From positions 87,044-151,043 of the forward strand of contig CBDBCK010000027.1 of assembly GCA_965203345.1 (NCBI GenBank): a DNA stretch of 64,000 bases, in the 5' to 3' direction. Positions 20,704 to 29,955 of the stretch are shown piece by piece. Under the pieces are notes generated by a model that worked only from the letters and a program-made list of their open reading frames with translations, ran no database searches and was not told the DNA's origin. Origin of the DNA: Dehalococcoidia bacterium. Its GTDB lineage: Bacteria > Chloroflexota > Dehalococcoidia > Lucifugimonadales > Lucifugimonadaceae. Positions within the stretch are counted from its first letter, which is position 1; each line of letters opens with the position of its first letter. Made by a program: the position numbers and the translations under genes.

Positions 20704-21082
20704 GGATAGAAAATGCCAATCCGCTCAATATTTCCAGAGCTTACGACCTCTAGTTGGTAAATTACTCTATGCCGGATCATTCCGGTGGATAAACTGGCTA
20801 TCCTCTGGGAGAAACTGGACGTTTCCTATAGGTTTTCTTTCATATGTTGTAAGGCCGGCCTATGAAAGCATTTTTGAACCTCATCCTTTGTCAAATTTGT
20901 CTTTGACCTGCCCTTTAGTTCTTTATCCGTCGCTTGATTTTGTAGGAAGACCATATCAGGACTGCAGCACTGAAGCGTATCCTTGTATCTTCTGAGAAAC
21001 TCCAGCCTCCAGCTTACCCAAGCTGGTTCGTTAGTTGTATTTTTAGTTCCCTTTAATTCTTATTCAGCAGAGGACTAGAGGT

Positions 21083-21157
21083 TGGCTCCCGAGACAGGAT
21101 TCGAACCTGTGACCCGCTGATTAACAGTCAGCTGCTCTACCGCTGAGCTACTCGGGA
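21083..21157 (-). tRNA. tRNA-Asn (anticodon GTT), CCA encoded
   Basis: Minus strand reads TCCCGAG-TA-GCTCAGCGGTAGAGC-A-GCTGA-CTGTTAA-TCAGC-GGGTC-ACAGGTTCGAATCCTGT-CTCGGGA-G-CCA. Full cloverleaf with a GTTCGAATC T-loop. Confidence 0.9.
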
Positions 21158-21323
21158 TAGCGAATAATTTATAGTTCTTTATATAGGGTGTGTACGTTGA
21201 TCGAGAACCGTTTATGAGGCAAAGCAATATTTAGATAGACATCTTTGATTATTATACCCTAATCGCGCCTAGTTGCCGTGTATCAATTTGAAGACGTCAT
21301 GTGATAAATAGGGATAGAAGCGT

Positions 21324-22634
21324 TTACTCTGTTGAAACGCTTTGTGACTGCGTCTTGGCACGAAGGCCTGACCCTCCTCGGAAAACCCTTGTAAGGAGTA
21401 CCGGAGCCAACACTGTGGTTACGACGGTCATTATTATGACGAACCCGAACTCAGAGCGTCCTATGACTCCACTGCTCAAGCCTATGCCCGCCACTATAAG
21501 TGCCACTTCTCCTCGTGGGAGCATTCCCGCGGCTATGCGTGAAGCCCCTCGTCTATTGAAACCCATTGCTAGAGCAGGAAGACCACATCCTAGGAGCTTG
21601 CTTAAGATTCCTGCTATAGAAATTACGATTGCAAAAGATACCGCCGTGGCTACAGAGACGCTACCTCCTGCTATAGCCGTAAAGTCCACCTGCATGCCCA
21701 CTATAGCAAAGAATAGAGGGGCCGCGAACCAAGAGACATGCCTCACTGGCTCTTCAATCCGTTCCTTCAACACTGTGGCGGAAAGGGCTAGCCCCAGCGA
21801 GTATGATCCGATTATCATGGCGAGTCCGAAGTAGCTTTCTGCTATAGCTGCAGCCGCTAATGCTATGCCTATGCTTAGCCCCGTATAGGCACCTGAACTG
21901 CGAAATCTGATGAGAAATCTGGATAGGTATGGAGCTATGAGGCTTCCGATTATCGTGAGCCCGAGCCAGAAACCTACAGCCTTGGCGAATATGATGCCTA
22001 TTCCACCTAGAGTTACCGTCCCTTCCTGAGATATGCCTGTAATGACGGCTAAGACTATGATACCAAGCACATCATCCACTACGGCTGCAGCGAGGACGGT
22101 AACGCTTTCTGGTGAGTCCAGCTTGCGCATTTCGGATAGGACTCGTGCCGTTATGCCTACGGATGTAGCCATCATAGCGGCTCCTACGAATAGGGCGGGT
22201 AGTGAGGCTTGCACACTGTCGAACGACGCGAGACCGAAAGCGACAGTAATAACGACTCCCAATATAAAAGGCACTAATGCTCCGCCGCTTGCGACGACTA
22301 GGGCTGGACGTATGTAGCGCACAAACAGAGCACGATCAGTCTCCAATCCTGCCTCAAAAAGGAGCACTACGGCTCCTATCTGAGAGACAAAGAACAGTTC
22401 ACTGGATACTGGAAGAATCTCTCCTCCATGCCCGGTATCGTGAGGAAGCGTAAACAGTGGATCCAGACCGAACAGCGACAAACTGCCTAAAGCGAAAGGG
22501 GATATAAGTATGCCGATTCCCAGCTCTCCCAAGACAGCCGGTAAGTGGAGGATACGTTCAAAGAATTCACCTCCTGCTTTTGCTAGTATCAGGATGATAG
22601 CTAGCTGAAGGAGTATTTCTGCTACTTCTTCCAT
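21324..22634 (-). CDS. Cation:proton antiporter (CPA2/Kef-type membrane domain only)
   Basis: About 12 hydrophobic segments. The N-terminus ILLQLAIILILAKAGGEFFERILHLPAVLGELGIGILISP is typical of the Na+/H+ exchanger family. No C-terminal TrkA-N domain. Confidence 0.8.
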   Translation of the reverse strand: MEEVAEILLQLAIILILAKAGGEFFERILHLPAVLGELGIGILISPFALGSLSLFGLDPLFTLPHDTGHGGEILPVSSELFFVSQIGAVVLLFEAGLETDRALFVRYIRPALVVASGGALVPFILGVVITVAFGLASFDSVQASLPALFVGAAMMATSVGITARVLSEMRKLDSPESVTVLAAAVVDDVLGIIVLAVITGISQEGTVTLGGIGIIFAKAVGFWLGLTIIGSLIAPYLSRFLIRFRSSGAYTGLSIGIALAAAAIAESYFGLAMIIGSYSLGLALSATVLKERIEEPVRHVSWFAAPLFFAIVGMQVDFTAIAGGSVSVATAVSFAIVISIAGILSKLLGCGLPALAMGFNRRGASRIAAGMLPRGEVALIVAGIGLSSGVIGRSEFGFVIIMTVVTTVLAPVLLTRVFRGGSGLRAKTQSQSVSTE

Positions 22635-22696
22635 ACTTTATCTCTATTCTTTGGCCTATGCGACTATAACTTGTGCATATAATTCTATGCTGCCAA

Positions 22697-23653
22697 TTAT
22701 GATTTTGTCAGTACTCTTTCGGGCCTCCAACAGAAACGCCCGGGTTCATAAATCAGAATTGCCAATGGAGCGCCATCGTCCGTATAAGCGAGCGCCTTCT
22801 GTCCGTATCCAATCTTGATTGAGGGCGAGTCTGCCGCCGGGACCGACCGACCGTTGGCGACCATCTCTGCCCGAATGGGGTCTAATGTGATCTTCTGTAT
22901 ATCTTTCAACGGGAAATCTATCGGGAGGATAACAGAAGTAAGGCTTCCTGATAGTGTTAACTGCTCCAAGTGTTCTATTGAGTGTGCATCTTTTATCTGG
23001 AAGTCTCCGACTCTCCGTCTGACTAGCCCGGCCAAGTGTGCATCAGAACCTACCTTTTTGCCAAAATCGTCCGCAAACGACCGGGCGTAGAACCCTTTTC
23101 CACACACCACTTCTACCTCTAAATTGGGAGGATCCCAGCTATATATCTCGATCTTACCTACGAATACAGTCCTTGGGAGGCGCTTCACCTCAATACCTTG
23201 GCGAGCAAGTTCGTAGAGGCGTTTCCCTTTGTGTTTTACTGCGCTATACATCGGAGGGAGTTGCTCTATTTCTCCTACAAACTGTGCTGCAACCTTCTTT
23301 GCGTCTTCCAATGTCACACTAGACCAGTCGCTTGATGAGACGATTTTCCCTTCGGAGTCGAAAGTATCGGTAGCCTCACCCATGCGTATTTTTAGGGCGT
23401 ACTCTTTTTCCCCTTGGAACACTATCTCAGCGAAGCGTGTAGCACCGTTGAGGCAAACAGGTAGCACCCCGGAGGCTACAGGGTCCAGTGTACCCCCGTG
23501 CCCTATTTTTTTTGGGCGTATGAGGCCTTTGAGCTTGCGGACGACATCTGCTGAAGTCCAACCAACGGGCTTATCTACGTTTATATAGCCGGGTGCAGTG
23601 AATCTTGCTTCAGCGCGTTTTACTCTGGGCTGTTTTCTTATTTGTTCCGGCAT
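22697..23653 (-). CDS. truB: tRNA pseudouridine-55 synthase TruB
   Basis: Catalytic block [24 protein letters not shown]. Positioned after rbfA. Confidence 0.9.
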   Translation of the reverse strand: MPEQIRKQPRVKRAEARFTAPGYINVDKPVGWTSADVVRKLKGLIRPKKIGHGGTLDPVASGVLPVCLNGATRFAEIVFQGEKEYALKIRMGEATDTFDSEGKIVSSSDWSSVTLEDAKKVAAQFVGEIEQLPPMYSAVKHKGKRLYELARQGIEVKRLPRTVFVGKIEIYSWDPPNLEVEVVCGKGFYARSFADDFGKKVGSDAHLAGLVRRRVGDFQIKDAHSIEHLEQLTLSGSLTSVILPIDFPLKDIQKITLDPIRAEMVANGRSVPAADSPSIKIGYGQKALAYTDDGAPLAILIYEPGRFCWRPERVLTKS

Positions 23654-23661
23654 ACGGACGT

Positions 23662-24015
23662 TCAGGAACGGATATCGTCAATGAGTGCTTCCAGCCGGTC
23701 GCGCTCTTCATGAATGTCGGCATAGAAACGCAATTCGGGAGCTTTGCGTAATTGAACTCGCTGGCAGAGCATTGAACGCAGCGCGGTGCTCATAGAGGTG
23801 AGGATATTCACCGCTTTGCGCGACTTATCGTCCCCCATTGCTCTTATATAAACGCGTGCGAGAGACAGGTCAGGAGAAACGTATAGATCGGCTATTGAGG
23901 TCATATCTGGTATGCGCGGGTCAAACACACGTTGTGTGATTATATATGCTAGCTCTTCCTTTATGGCTTGAGCTACCTTCGCCGAACGACGGTTACGGGA
24001 GGATTCGGTCTGCAT
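23662..24015 (-). CDS. rbfA: Ribosome-binding factor A
   Basis: 117 aa with an RVAQAIKEELAYII N-terminal block. Conserved infB-rbfA-truB order. Confidence 0.85.
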   Translation of the reverse strand: MQTESSRNRRSAKVAQAIKEELAYIITQRVFDPRIPDMTSIADLYVSPDLSLARVYIRAMGDDKSRKAVNILTSMSTALRSMLCQRVQLRKAPELRFYADIHEERDRLEALIDDIRS

Positions 24016-24029
24016 AAAGGCACTCAGTC

Positions 24030-25799
24030 TTATTCTCCTGGCGCTACAAGCCGCCAGGCTTCCAATATATCGCCTTCCTCAAAACCATTGAACCCGACCA
24101 ACATTATACCGCCTTCAAAATTGGTCCCCAAGGATCTGACGTTGTTCTGCAAGTGGCGCATGGACGAAACCCGACCTTCAAATATATTTTCGTTATCGCG
24201 TAACACTTTGATCATTGTTCCACGTCTGATCTCACCTTCCAGTACCCTAACTCCGGCGATTCGCCCGTTTCTACCTCTAGGAAATACTGACTGCACCAAC
24301 GCCTTTCCTATCTGCGTGTCTTTCGCTTTGTCTTCTTCCTGCCCGTCGATAAACTTTCCTACTTCGGTCAGCAGGTCGTATATGACTGAATACATTCTGA
24401 TGGTAATGCCCGAAGCACGCGCTTTGCGTCTTGCACCGGCTTCTACTCCCGTTTCAAACCCAACAATGATGGCACCAGAGGCGTCTGCTAACATAACGTC
24501 GGATTCGTTGACTGCTCCATTTCCTGCGTGGATAATTTTTATCAACGCGGAGTCATCCGATAGTTGCTCGACAGCTTTCCTTACAGCGTCAACTGAGCCT
24601 TGACTGCCCGTTTTTATTATTATGTTGAAGTTTTTTGCTCCGGCTGATTTCACCAGCCTGACCGCTTCGCTCATCGTAAGCGAATATGTTGAGTGGTTAC
24701 TCTGCTTTTGTGATATTTTACGACGTGCCTCCACTAGTTGCCTTGCAGTTTTATCATCCTTCATTATCTCGAATTGGTCACCGGGTAGCGGTACTCCGTC
24801 CAAGCCCAGTATTTCCACTGGCATTGAAGGTAGAGCTTCTTTGATCTGCTTACCAGAGCTGTCGCGCATCATTCTCACTCTACCCCATTTCAAGCCCGCC
24901 ACCATGAAATCGTTCGCTCGCACCCTTCCCGCGGTTACAATAACGGAAGCCAGAGGTCCGCGTGCACTGCTCATAGAGGCTTCTATCACTGTACCCAGCC
25001 CGGGCCGGTCAGGGTTTGCCTTCACTTCTTCTACTTCTGCGATGAGCAATATGGAGTCGAGCAGATCGCCTACCCCTTTGCCTGTTTTAGCCGAGACGGG
25101 AACGCATACGGCATTGCCACCCAGCTCCTCTACCTGTACTCCGGCTTCGTATAGTTGTCCTTTCACTTCATCTGCCCGCGACGGTTCTAGATCTATCTTA
25201 TTTAGTGCTACTAGTATAGGTACGTTTGCTGCTTTAGCGTGATCTATCGCTTCAACGGTTTGCGGTTGTACCCCGTCGTCAATCGCCACTACGAGTATCA
25301 CTATGTCCGTAACTTGAGTGCCTCTTGCGCGCATTGAGGTAAAAGCCTCGTGTCCGGGCGTATCAATGAAGGTTATCTTCTTATTGTTCCGAGATATTTG
25401 GTACGCGCCTATACTCTGCGTTATGCCGCCTTTTTCTATCTCGGCAACGGTTGACCCGCGTATGAAGTCCAGCAGGGTCGTTTTCCCATGATCGACGTGT
25501 CCTAAAATAGCAACCACAGGCGGTCGCGGCTGGGCATTCTTTTCGGTGAGGGTTTTATCTATCCCTGTTTTTACTCCGGCGGAACTTTCCGCTTTACTAG
25601 CGGGTTTTTTGACTGGCAGTCCGAACAATGTAGCCACACGTGCCGCTGTGTTGAACTTTACCTCTGAGTTGACGTTTAGCATCTCGCCCATTTTCATCAG
25701 GGTTTTAATGGTCTCAACCGGGGATTTGTCCAAAATGTCGGCCAACTCCTTCACGGTCATTCTAGGCGGTAGTTCAATAGGTTCTTTCATTGATTTCAT
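24030..25799 (-). CDS. infB: Translation initiation factor IF-2 (short form, 589 aa)
   Basis: G-domain motifs GHVDHGKTTLLD, DTPGHEAF and NKID. C-terminal IF-2 domains are present. Confidence 0.95.
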   Translation of the reverse strand: MKSMKEPIELPPRMTVKELADILDKSPVETIKTLMKMGEMLNVNSEVKFNTAARVATLFGLPVKKPASKAESSAGVKTGIDKTLTEKNAQPRPPVVAILGHVDHGKTTLLDFIRGSTVAEIEKGGITQSIGAYQISRNNKKITFIDTPGHEAFTSMRARGTQVTDIVILVVAIDDGVQPQTVEAIDHAKAANVPILVALNKIDLEPSRADEVKGQLYEAGVQVEELGGNAVCVPVSAKTGKGVGDLLDSILLIAEVEEVKANPDRPGLGTVIEASMSSARGPLASVIVTAGRVRANDFMVAGLKWGRVRMMRDSSGKQIKEALPSMPVEILGLDGVPLPGDQFEIMKDDKTARQLVEARRKISQKQSNHSTYSLTMSEAVRLVKSAGAKNFNIIIKTGSQGSVDAVRKAVEQLSDDSALIKIIHAGNGAVNESDVMLADASGAIIVGFETGVEAGARRKARASGITIRMYSVIYDLLTEVGKFIDGQEEDKAKDTQIGKALVQSVFPRGRNGRIAGVRVLEGEIRRGTMIKVLRDNENIFEGRVSSMRHLQNNVRSLGTNFEGGIMLVGFNGFEEGDILEAWRLVAPGE

Positions 25800-25821
25800 C
25801 TTACAGCAGGAGATGTAGGGT

Positions 25822-26136
25822 TTAACCTATACATTCCTTGGTTTTTACGGTTTTTACACCTGAACTCAGACCAACTAGACACTTTTTAAGTTCCTTTATA
25901 TTCTGTTCTGAAAGGGTTGTACGTAGCGCTCTAGCCAACAACCGTCGCATAAGTGCTTCATCCCAATGCTGTTCGGTGTAGCAGAGGTACGCACCTTTGC
26001 TCTGTATTTTGTGACAGTGGTCTAAAACAGCTTCCCCTGAAGGAAGGCGCGCTACCCGGATAAGCTCCGCTTTAGGAGACGGTGTACGGCATACTACGCA
26101 TGAGCGCACAGGCACGTGAAGGGCTGCTGATTTCAA
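25822..26136 (-). CDS. ylxR: YlxR-family (DUF448) RNA-binding protein
   Basis: PVRSCVVCR...LIRV...KGAYLC pattern. It starts on the nucleotide after the nusA stop. Confidence 0.75.
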   Translation of the reverse strand: MKSAALHVPVRSCVVCRTPSPKAELIRVARLPSGEAVLDHCHKIQSKGAYLCYTEQHWDEALMRRLLARALRTTLSEQNIKELKKCLVGLSSGVKTVKTKECIG

Positions 26137-27798
26137 TCACCGACGTCCCTTCTTCCGCGCTTCTCCTCTACTACGACGCGATTTTGTATCGTCATGAGCT
26201 CCTCTTAGATCAGCTATATCCTCAGCGAAGCGCAGTTCAGTTGTGCCGCCGTCGGAAGCTTGAGTTAGGAAGTCTACATCCCATATTGAGTTTCCGGAAA
26301 CGTTAGTTGCTTTCTTCTTGTCTTCATCTTCAACTTTGCGTCTTTCCTCTTCTTGACGTTCCAGTTCTGCCAGCTCTTTCTCTAAAGCGCGGATCTCTTC
26401 GTTTTCTCTTATACGCCGCTCTTCTTCAGCCTTCTCAGACTCGGAAGTATCTTCCGCAGGCGTGGATGTTTCTTTGGCAACGGGCACCTTTTCAGCTGGC
26501 TCTTCTGGTAGGACCTCTACAGGTTCTGTGGTTACCGTTTTTATCTCTTTATCCGTGGCAAAAGACTCGACCGGTTGCGCCTCAACTTCTGTTTCAGCGG
26601 GTGCCTGAACTTCGGCTTTCGCTTCAATTTGCCTTTCTGGCCCTTTTTGCTCCGCGGTTTCTTGTGTTGATTTGGCTTCAGACGGTGCTTCTCTTGCTCC
26701 TTGTATTTCTATGGCACAGTTGGTCAGCTTAGACGCCAAGCGCACATTTTGTCCATCTCTCCCTATCGCGAGTGAAAATTGAGGGGTTGGGACTATGACT
26801 TGCGCAACATTGGATTCAGGGTCTATAGTGACCTTTTCTACCGAGGCAGGACTTAAAGAGTTAGCTATAAATCTCGGCAGTTCCTCGCTCCACTCGACAA
26901 CGTCTATCTTCTCGCCCACCAGTTCGCTTACTATACTCTGGATTCGTATACCTCGTAGTCCGACACACGCGCCTACAGCGTCAACAGTGTTGTTTGACGC
27001 GAACACGGCAACCTTGCTGCGTGAACCAGGCTCACGTGCTATGGCTTTGATCTCTACGGAACCATTGGCTATCTCCGGAACTTCGCTTTCAAAAAGTCTA
27101 CGCAACAGATCAGGGTGAGAACGCGATACGATTATTTCGGGACCGGCTGGCGTGCGTTCTATCTTGACTAGGTACACTTTGAGCTGTTGACTCTGTCTGT
27201 AGCGGTCAGAATCGGACTGCTCAAGTGGAGGCATTATGGCTATCCCATCGCCTAAATCTACCCAAACTGTCCGCTTCTCTACCTTGTGGATCTTCCCTAC
27301 GAGTAACTGTCCGGACTTGTCAGAGAATTCGTCGAACAAGACATCTCTCTGGGCTTCTCGCAACCTTTGATCTATGACTTGACGAGTTGCTTGAGCTGCG
27401 ACTCGGCCGCGGTTATAATCCAGACTGCCGACTCTGATGGTTGAACCAACCTCTGCGTCTTTATGCCCCTCGGCGAGTGCCTCACTTATAGGTATCTCGG
27501 CGTCAGCGTAGTCTGCTTGGCCGTCTTCAACCACCCGTTTGATCAGAGCCATATCCACTTCGCCAGTCTCTGGATTTATTCTGACTTGCACGTCTTTACC
27601 TAATGCCTCGGGGTCGCGCCGGTAGGCTGACTCCAAAGCTGATTCTATGGCTGCCACAACAACGCGCTGCGACAGATTTTTATCTGCGGCCAAATATCTG
27701 ACCGCCATTAAGAGTTCGTTCTTTTTCACGTTTGTTCTCCGCTTGAGGCTCATACCGCAAGGTAATAAAAAAGTGGGCTTCTGCCCACTTCTGCTCAA
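26137..27798 (-). CDS. nusA: Transcription termination/antitermination factor NusA with a long charged C-terminal tail
   Basis: S1 domain (GQLLVGKIHKVEKRTVWVDLG) and two KH domains (GACVGLRGIRIQSIVSELVGEKIDVV; AIGRDGQNVRLASKLT). The real start is probably Met16 (27753) or Val24 (27729), giving KKNELLMAVRYLA. Confidence 0.9.
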   Translation of the reverse strand: MSRSGQKPTFLLPCGMSLKRRTNVKKNELLMAVRYLAADKNLSQRVVVAAIESALESAYRRDPEALGKDVQVRINPETGEVDMALIKRVVEDGQADYADAEIPISEALAEGHKDAEVGSTIRVGSLDYNRGRVAAQATRQVIDQRLREAQRDVLFDEFSDKSGQLLVGKIHKVEKRTVWVDLGDGIAIMPPLEQSDSDRYRQSQQLKVYLVKIERTPAGPEIIVSRSHPDLLRRLFESEVPEIANGSVEIKAIAREPGSRSKVAVFASNNTVDAVGACVGLRGIRIQSIVSELVGEKIDVVEWSEELPRFIANSLSPASVEKVTIDPESNVAQVIVPTPQFSLAIGRDGQNVRLASKLTNCAIEIQGAREAPSEAKSTQETAEQKGPERQIEAKAEVQAPAETEVEAQPVESFATDKEIKTVTTEPVEVLPEEPAEKVPVAKETSTPAEDTSESEKAEEERRIRENEEIRALEKELAELERQEEERRKVEDEDKKKATNVSGNSIWDVDFLTQASDGGTTELRFAEDIADLRGAHDDTKSRRSRGEARKKGRR

Positions 27799-28213
27799 GT
27801 CTGGAAGTTTATAGCTTGCACTTTTGATTGTATCACTGTGCTATATATACGCGCTCAAGTAAAGAGGCATAGTGCAATATTTATGTTGAAGATAGTTTGC
27901 TGATAAGAGATTTGAGTGCAACGGAAGAAATCTGGACGTGTAACCTACTAACGTATAGAAGCGTTTCGCTGAGTTTGTAAACAATAGACTCTCCAGAACG
28001 TCTGAACAAAACTCGCCTATTATGCCGTATATAATGTCGTATATAATGTACTGATAAGGCTCCTATCGTTTTCTAGGATGAAACAGGTCATATTTTGACC
28101 ATTTGGACTGAAAACGGTTAAATAGCATGAAGAGGGATAGCAGAAAATCAAAGTCAGAAAGGTCCGTCCAGAGGCAAGCAGCATATCTCGCCAATAGAAG
28201 GGATTAAAAATCT

Positions 28214-28906
28214 ATGAACAGTATTCCTTGGATAGGCTCGTTGCTACTTTCTCTAGGTGTAGGCTACGCACTGGGGGCCATTCCTTTTGCCTACCTTGTT
28301 GCGCGTAGTCAGGGCGTGAATATATTTGAAGAGGGTTCGAAACAAGCGGGGGCTAGCAACGTTTGGATAACCACTTCCGGGCGATACGGTGTCATAGTGT
28401 TTTCTCTCGACTGTGCTAAAGGTTTAAGTGCGATTATCTTTGCTAGGTTGTTGGGTATAACAGACTTGTGGCTTTTTTTCCCCGCTTCTACAGCTATCCT
28501 TGCTCATTGGAATTCTCCTTTTACAGGTTTCAAAGGAGGTGACGGAGTATCTACATGGATGGGGATAATGGGGGGAGTATTGGGGTTAGTCGGGGTGACT
28601 GCGTGCTTTGTAATGGGATTTGCGACCTTGCTTGGTAACGTCTTCCGCTGGCATCATCCTACCTTTATCGGAGGTGGCTTGGCCTGCTTCACGGTGTTAG
28701 CGGCACTCGGTATATCTGAGATGTTCCAGATAAGCGAACCGTTCTTTTTGGTGCCGGATCCTTGGGTGTTTCTGGCTGTATTCCCCAGCATTTGGCTTAT
28801 AACTGGTGTTTTGACGTTGTGGGGTGTAGTACTTCCGCACAGTATCCTGTATCATATGCGCTACCTAAATCCCGAACAAAGAACGGCGTCAAGCCAACAC
28901 AATTGA
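28214..28906 (+). CDS. plsY: Glycerol-3-phosphate acyltransferase PlsY-like membrane protein
   Basis: YALGAIPFAYLVAR...GS..AGASNVW...LDCAKG matches the recalled PlsY pattern. The GSGN motif is altered to GSKQ. Confidence 0.7.
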   Translation: MNSIPWIGSLLLSLGVGYALGAIPFAYLVARSQGVNIFEEGSKQAGASNVWITTSGRYGVIVFSLDCAKGLSAIIFARLLGITDLWLFFPASTAILAHWNSPFTGFKGGDGVSTWMGIMGGVLGLVGVTACFVMGFATLLGNVFRWHHPTFIGGGLACFTVLAALGISEMFQISEPFFLVPDPWVFLAVFPSIWLITGVLTLWGVVLPHSILYHMRYLNPEQRTASSQHN

Positions 28907-29091
28907 AGGTAGGGTACTGAGGCCAGTTAATGCGTCTGCCCTAGTTTTAAACTGTCTCTTATCAGAATTTATTGAAAAGTCACCCTGTGTTTCCTAACCG
29001 GCAGTTTATCTTATCCTTTTTATCAAGTCACTCAAGGTGACATAATTTATAGCCTAATGCCGAGCGTTACGGACAACACGGCTTAGATGGC

Positions 29092-29955
29092 TTAGATACT
29101 GTATGAATCTATAAGTTGTTTGGGGCTTTTGGGTATCACTGAGCGGATAGCTTCCCTCTCCATGTCTTCCAGTGTCGGTTTGTCGATCTGGTATATAAGC
29201 CCTATCGGTATGCCTGGACGCTTGACTAATGCTTCCGCTGCTTCAAGGTCGGAAGGGTCATGTTCGTCCGGCACAAGCCATGCCGAGCTCGCAATTCCTT
29301 TCTTACGGTTTCCCTTTAGTAGGTCGTAAGTGTCATTATAAGTTGTACAAGGGGACTGAACGTGTACTATGGCAAACCCTTTGTGATTCATAGCTTCTAA
29401 TATGCACTTAGCCAGCTCTCTGGGCTTGACTGAATAGTGGGAAGCCACGTAAGTAGCGCCGTAAGCCAAGTAGATCTTCAAAGGGTGCATAGGGATTTCG
29501 ATCTTACCATAGGGGGTGGACGAGGTTATCTGTCCGGTGCTGCTGGTAGGCGAACTTTGGCCTTTAGTCAACCCGTATACAGCGTTGTCCATTATCACGC
29601 AGGTGGTGTCCAGGTTCCTTTGCGCCGCCGGGCCTATATGCTCCGCGCCGATACTCAAAAAATCTCCGTCCCCTGCTACTATGACCGTATTCAGATCGGG
29701 TCTTGACATCTTGACGCCGAGCGCAAGAGGCAACGTGCGGCCATGTATGCCGTGAAGACCAAATGGCTGTTCTTCCTCCATAAGGTGCACCAAGTTGCCC
29801 GAACATCCTATACCGGCTATTATTACACTTTGCGAATACGGAGTCTCGTAGAGTGTCTTGTACTCTTGAAGGGCAGCGTCCAGCGCCTTGCGTACGCCGA
29901 AATCTCCGCAACCAGGGCACCATTTGAAATCATACGCAGGATTGAGCTTGCTCAT
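29092..29955 (-). CDS. korB: 2-oxoacid:ferredoxin oxidoreductase, beta (ThDP-binding) subunit
   Basis: CPGCGDFG and VIVAGDGDFLSIG motifs. I place the start at Met47 of the listed ORF (MSKLNPAYDF, nt 29955), which overlaps the alpha-subunit stop as ATGA. Confidence 0.85.
   Translation of the reverse strand: MSKLNPAYDFKWCPGCGDFGVRKALDAALQEYKTLYETPYSQSVIIAGIGCSGNLVHLMEEEQPFGLHGIHGRTLPLALGVKMSRPDLNTVIVAGDGDFLSIGAEHIGPAAQRNLDTTCVIMDNAVYGLTKGQSSPTSSTGQITSSTPYGKIEIPMHPLKIYLAYGATYVASHYSVKPRELAKCILEAMNHKGFAIVHVQSPCTTYNDTYDLLKGNRKKGIASSAWLVPDEHDPSDLEAAEALVKRPGIPIGLIYQIDKPTLEDMEREAIRSVIPKSPKQLIDSYSI

Noticed and set aside
21301-25818. Long antisense ORFs opposite the antiporter, truB and infB (e.g. 21301-21834, 22033-22317, 23229-23588, 23968-24603, 24622-25242, 25546-25818)
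   Set aside because: They are Ser/Thr/Pro/Ala-rich low-complexity translations lying entirely within strongly supported genes on the other strand. These are typical shadow ORFs.
28128-28205. 25-codon basic small ORF (MKRDSRKSKSERSVQRQAAYLANRRD) just upstream of plsY
   Set aside because: No convincing RBS and no recognisable family. It is too short to support without conservation or expression data.
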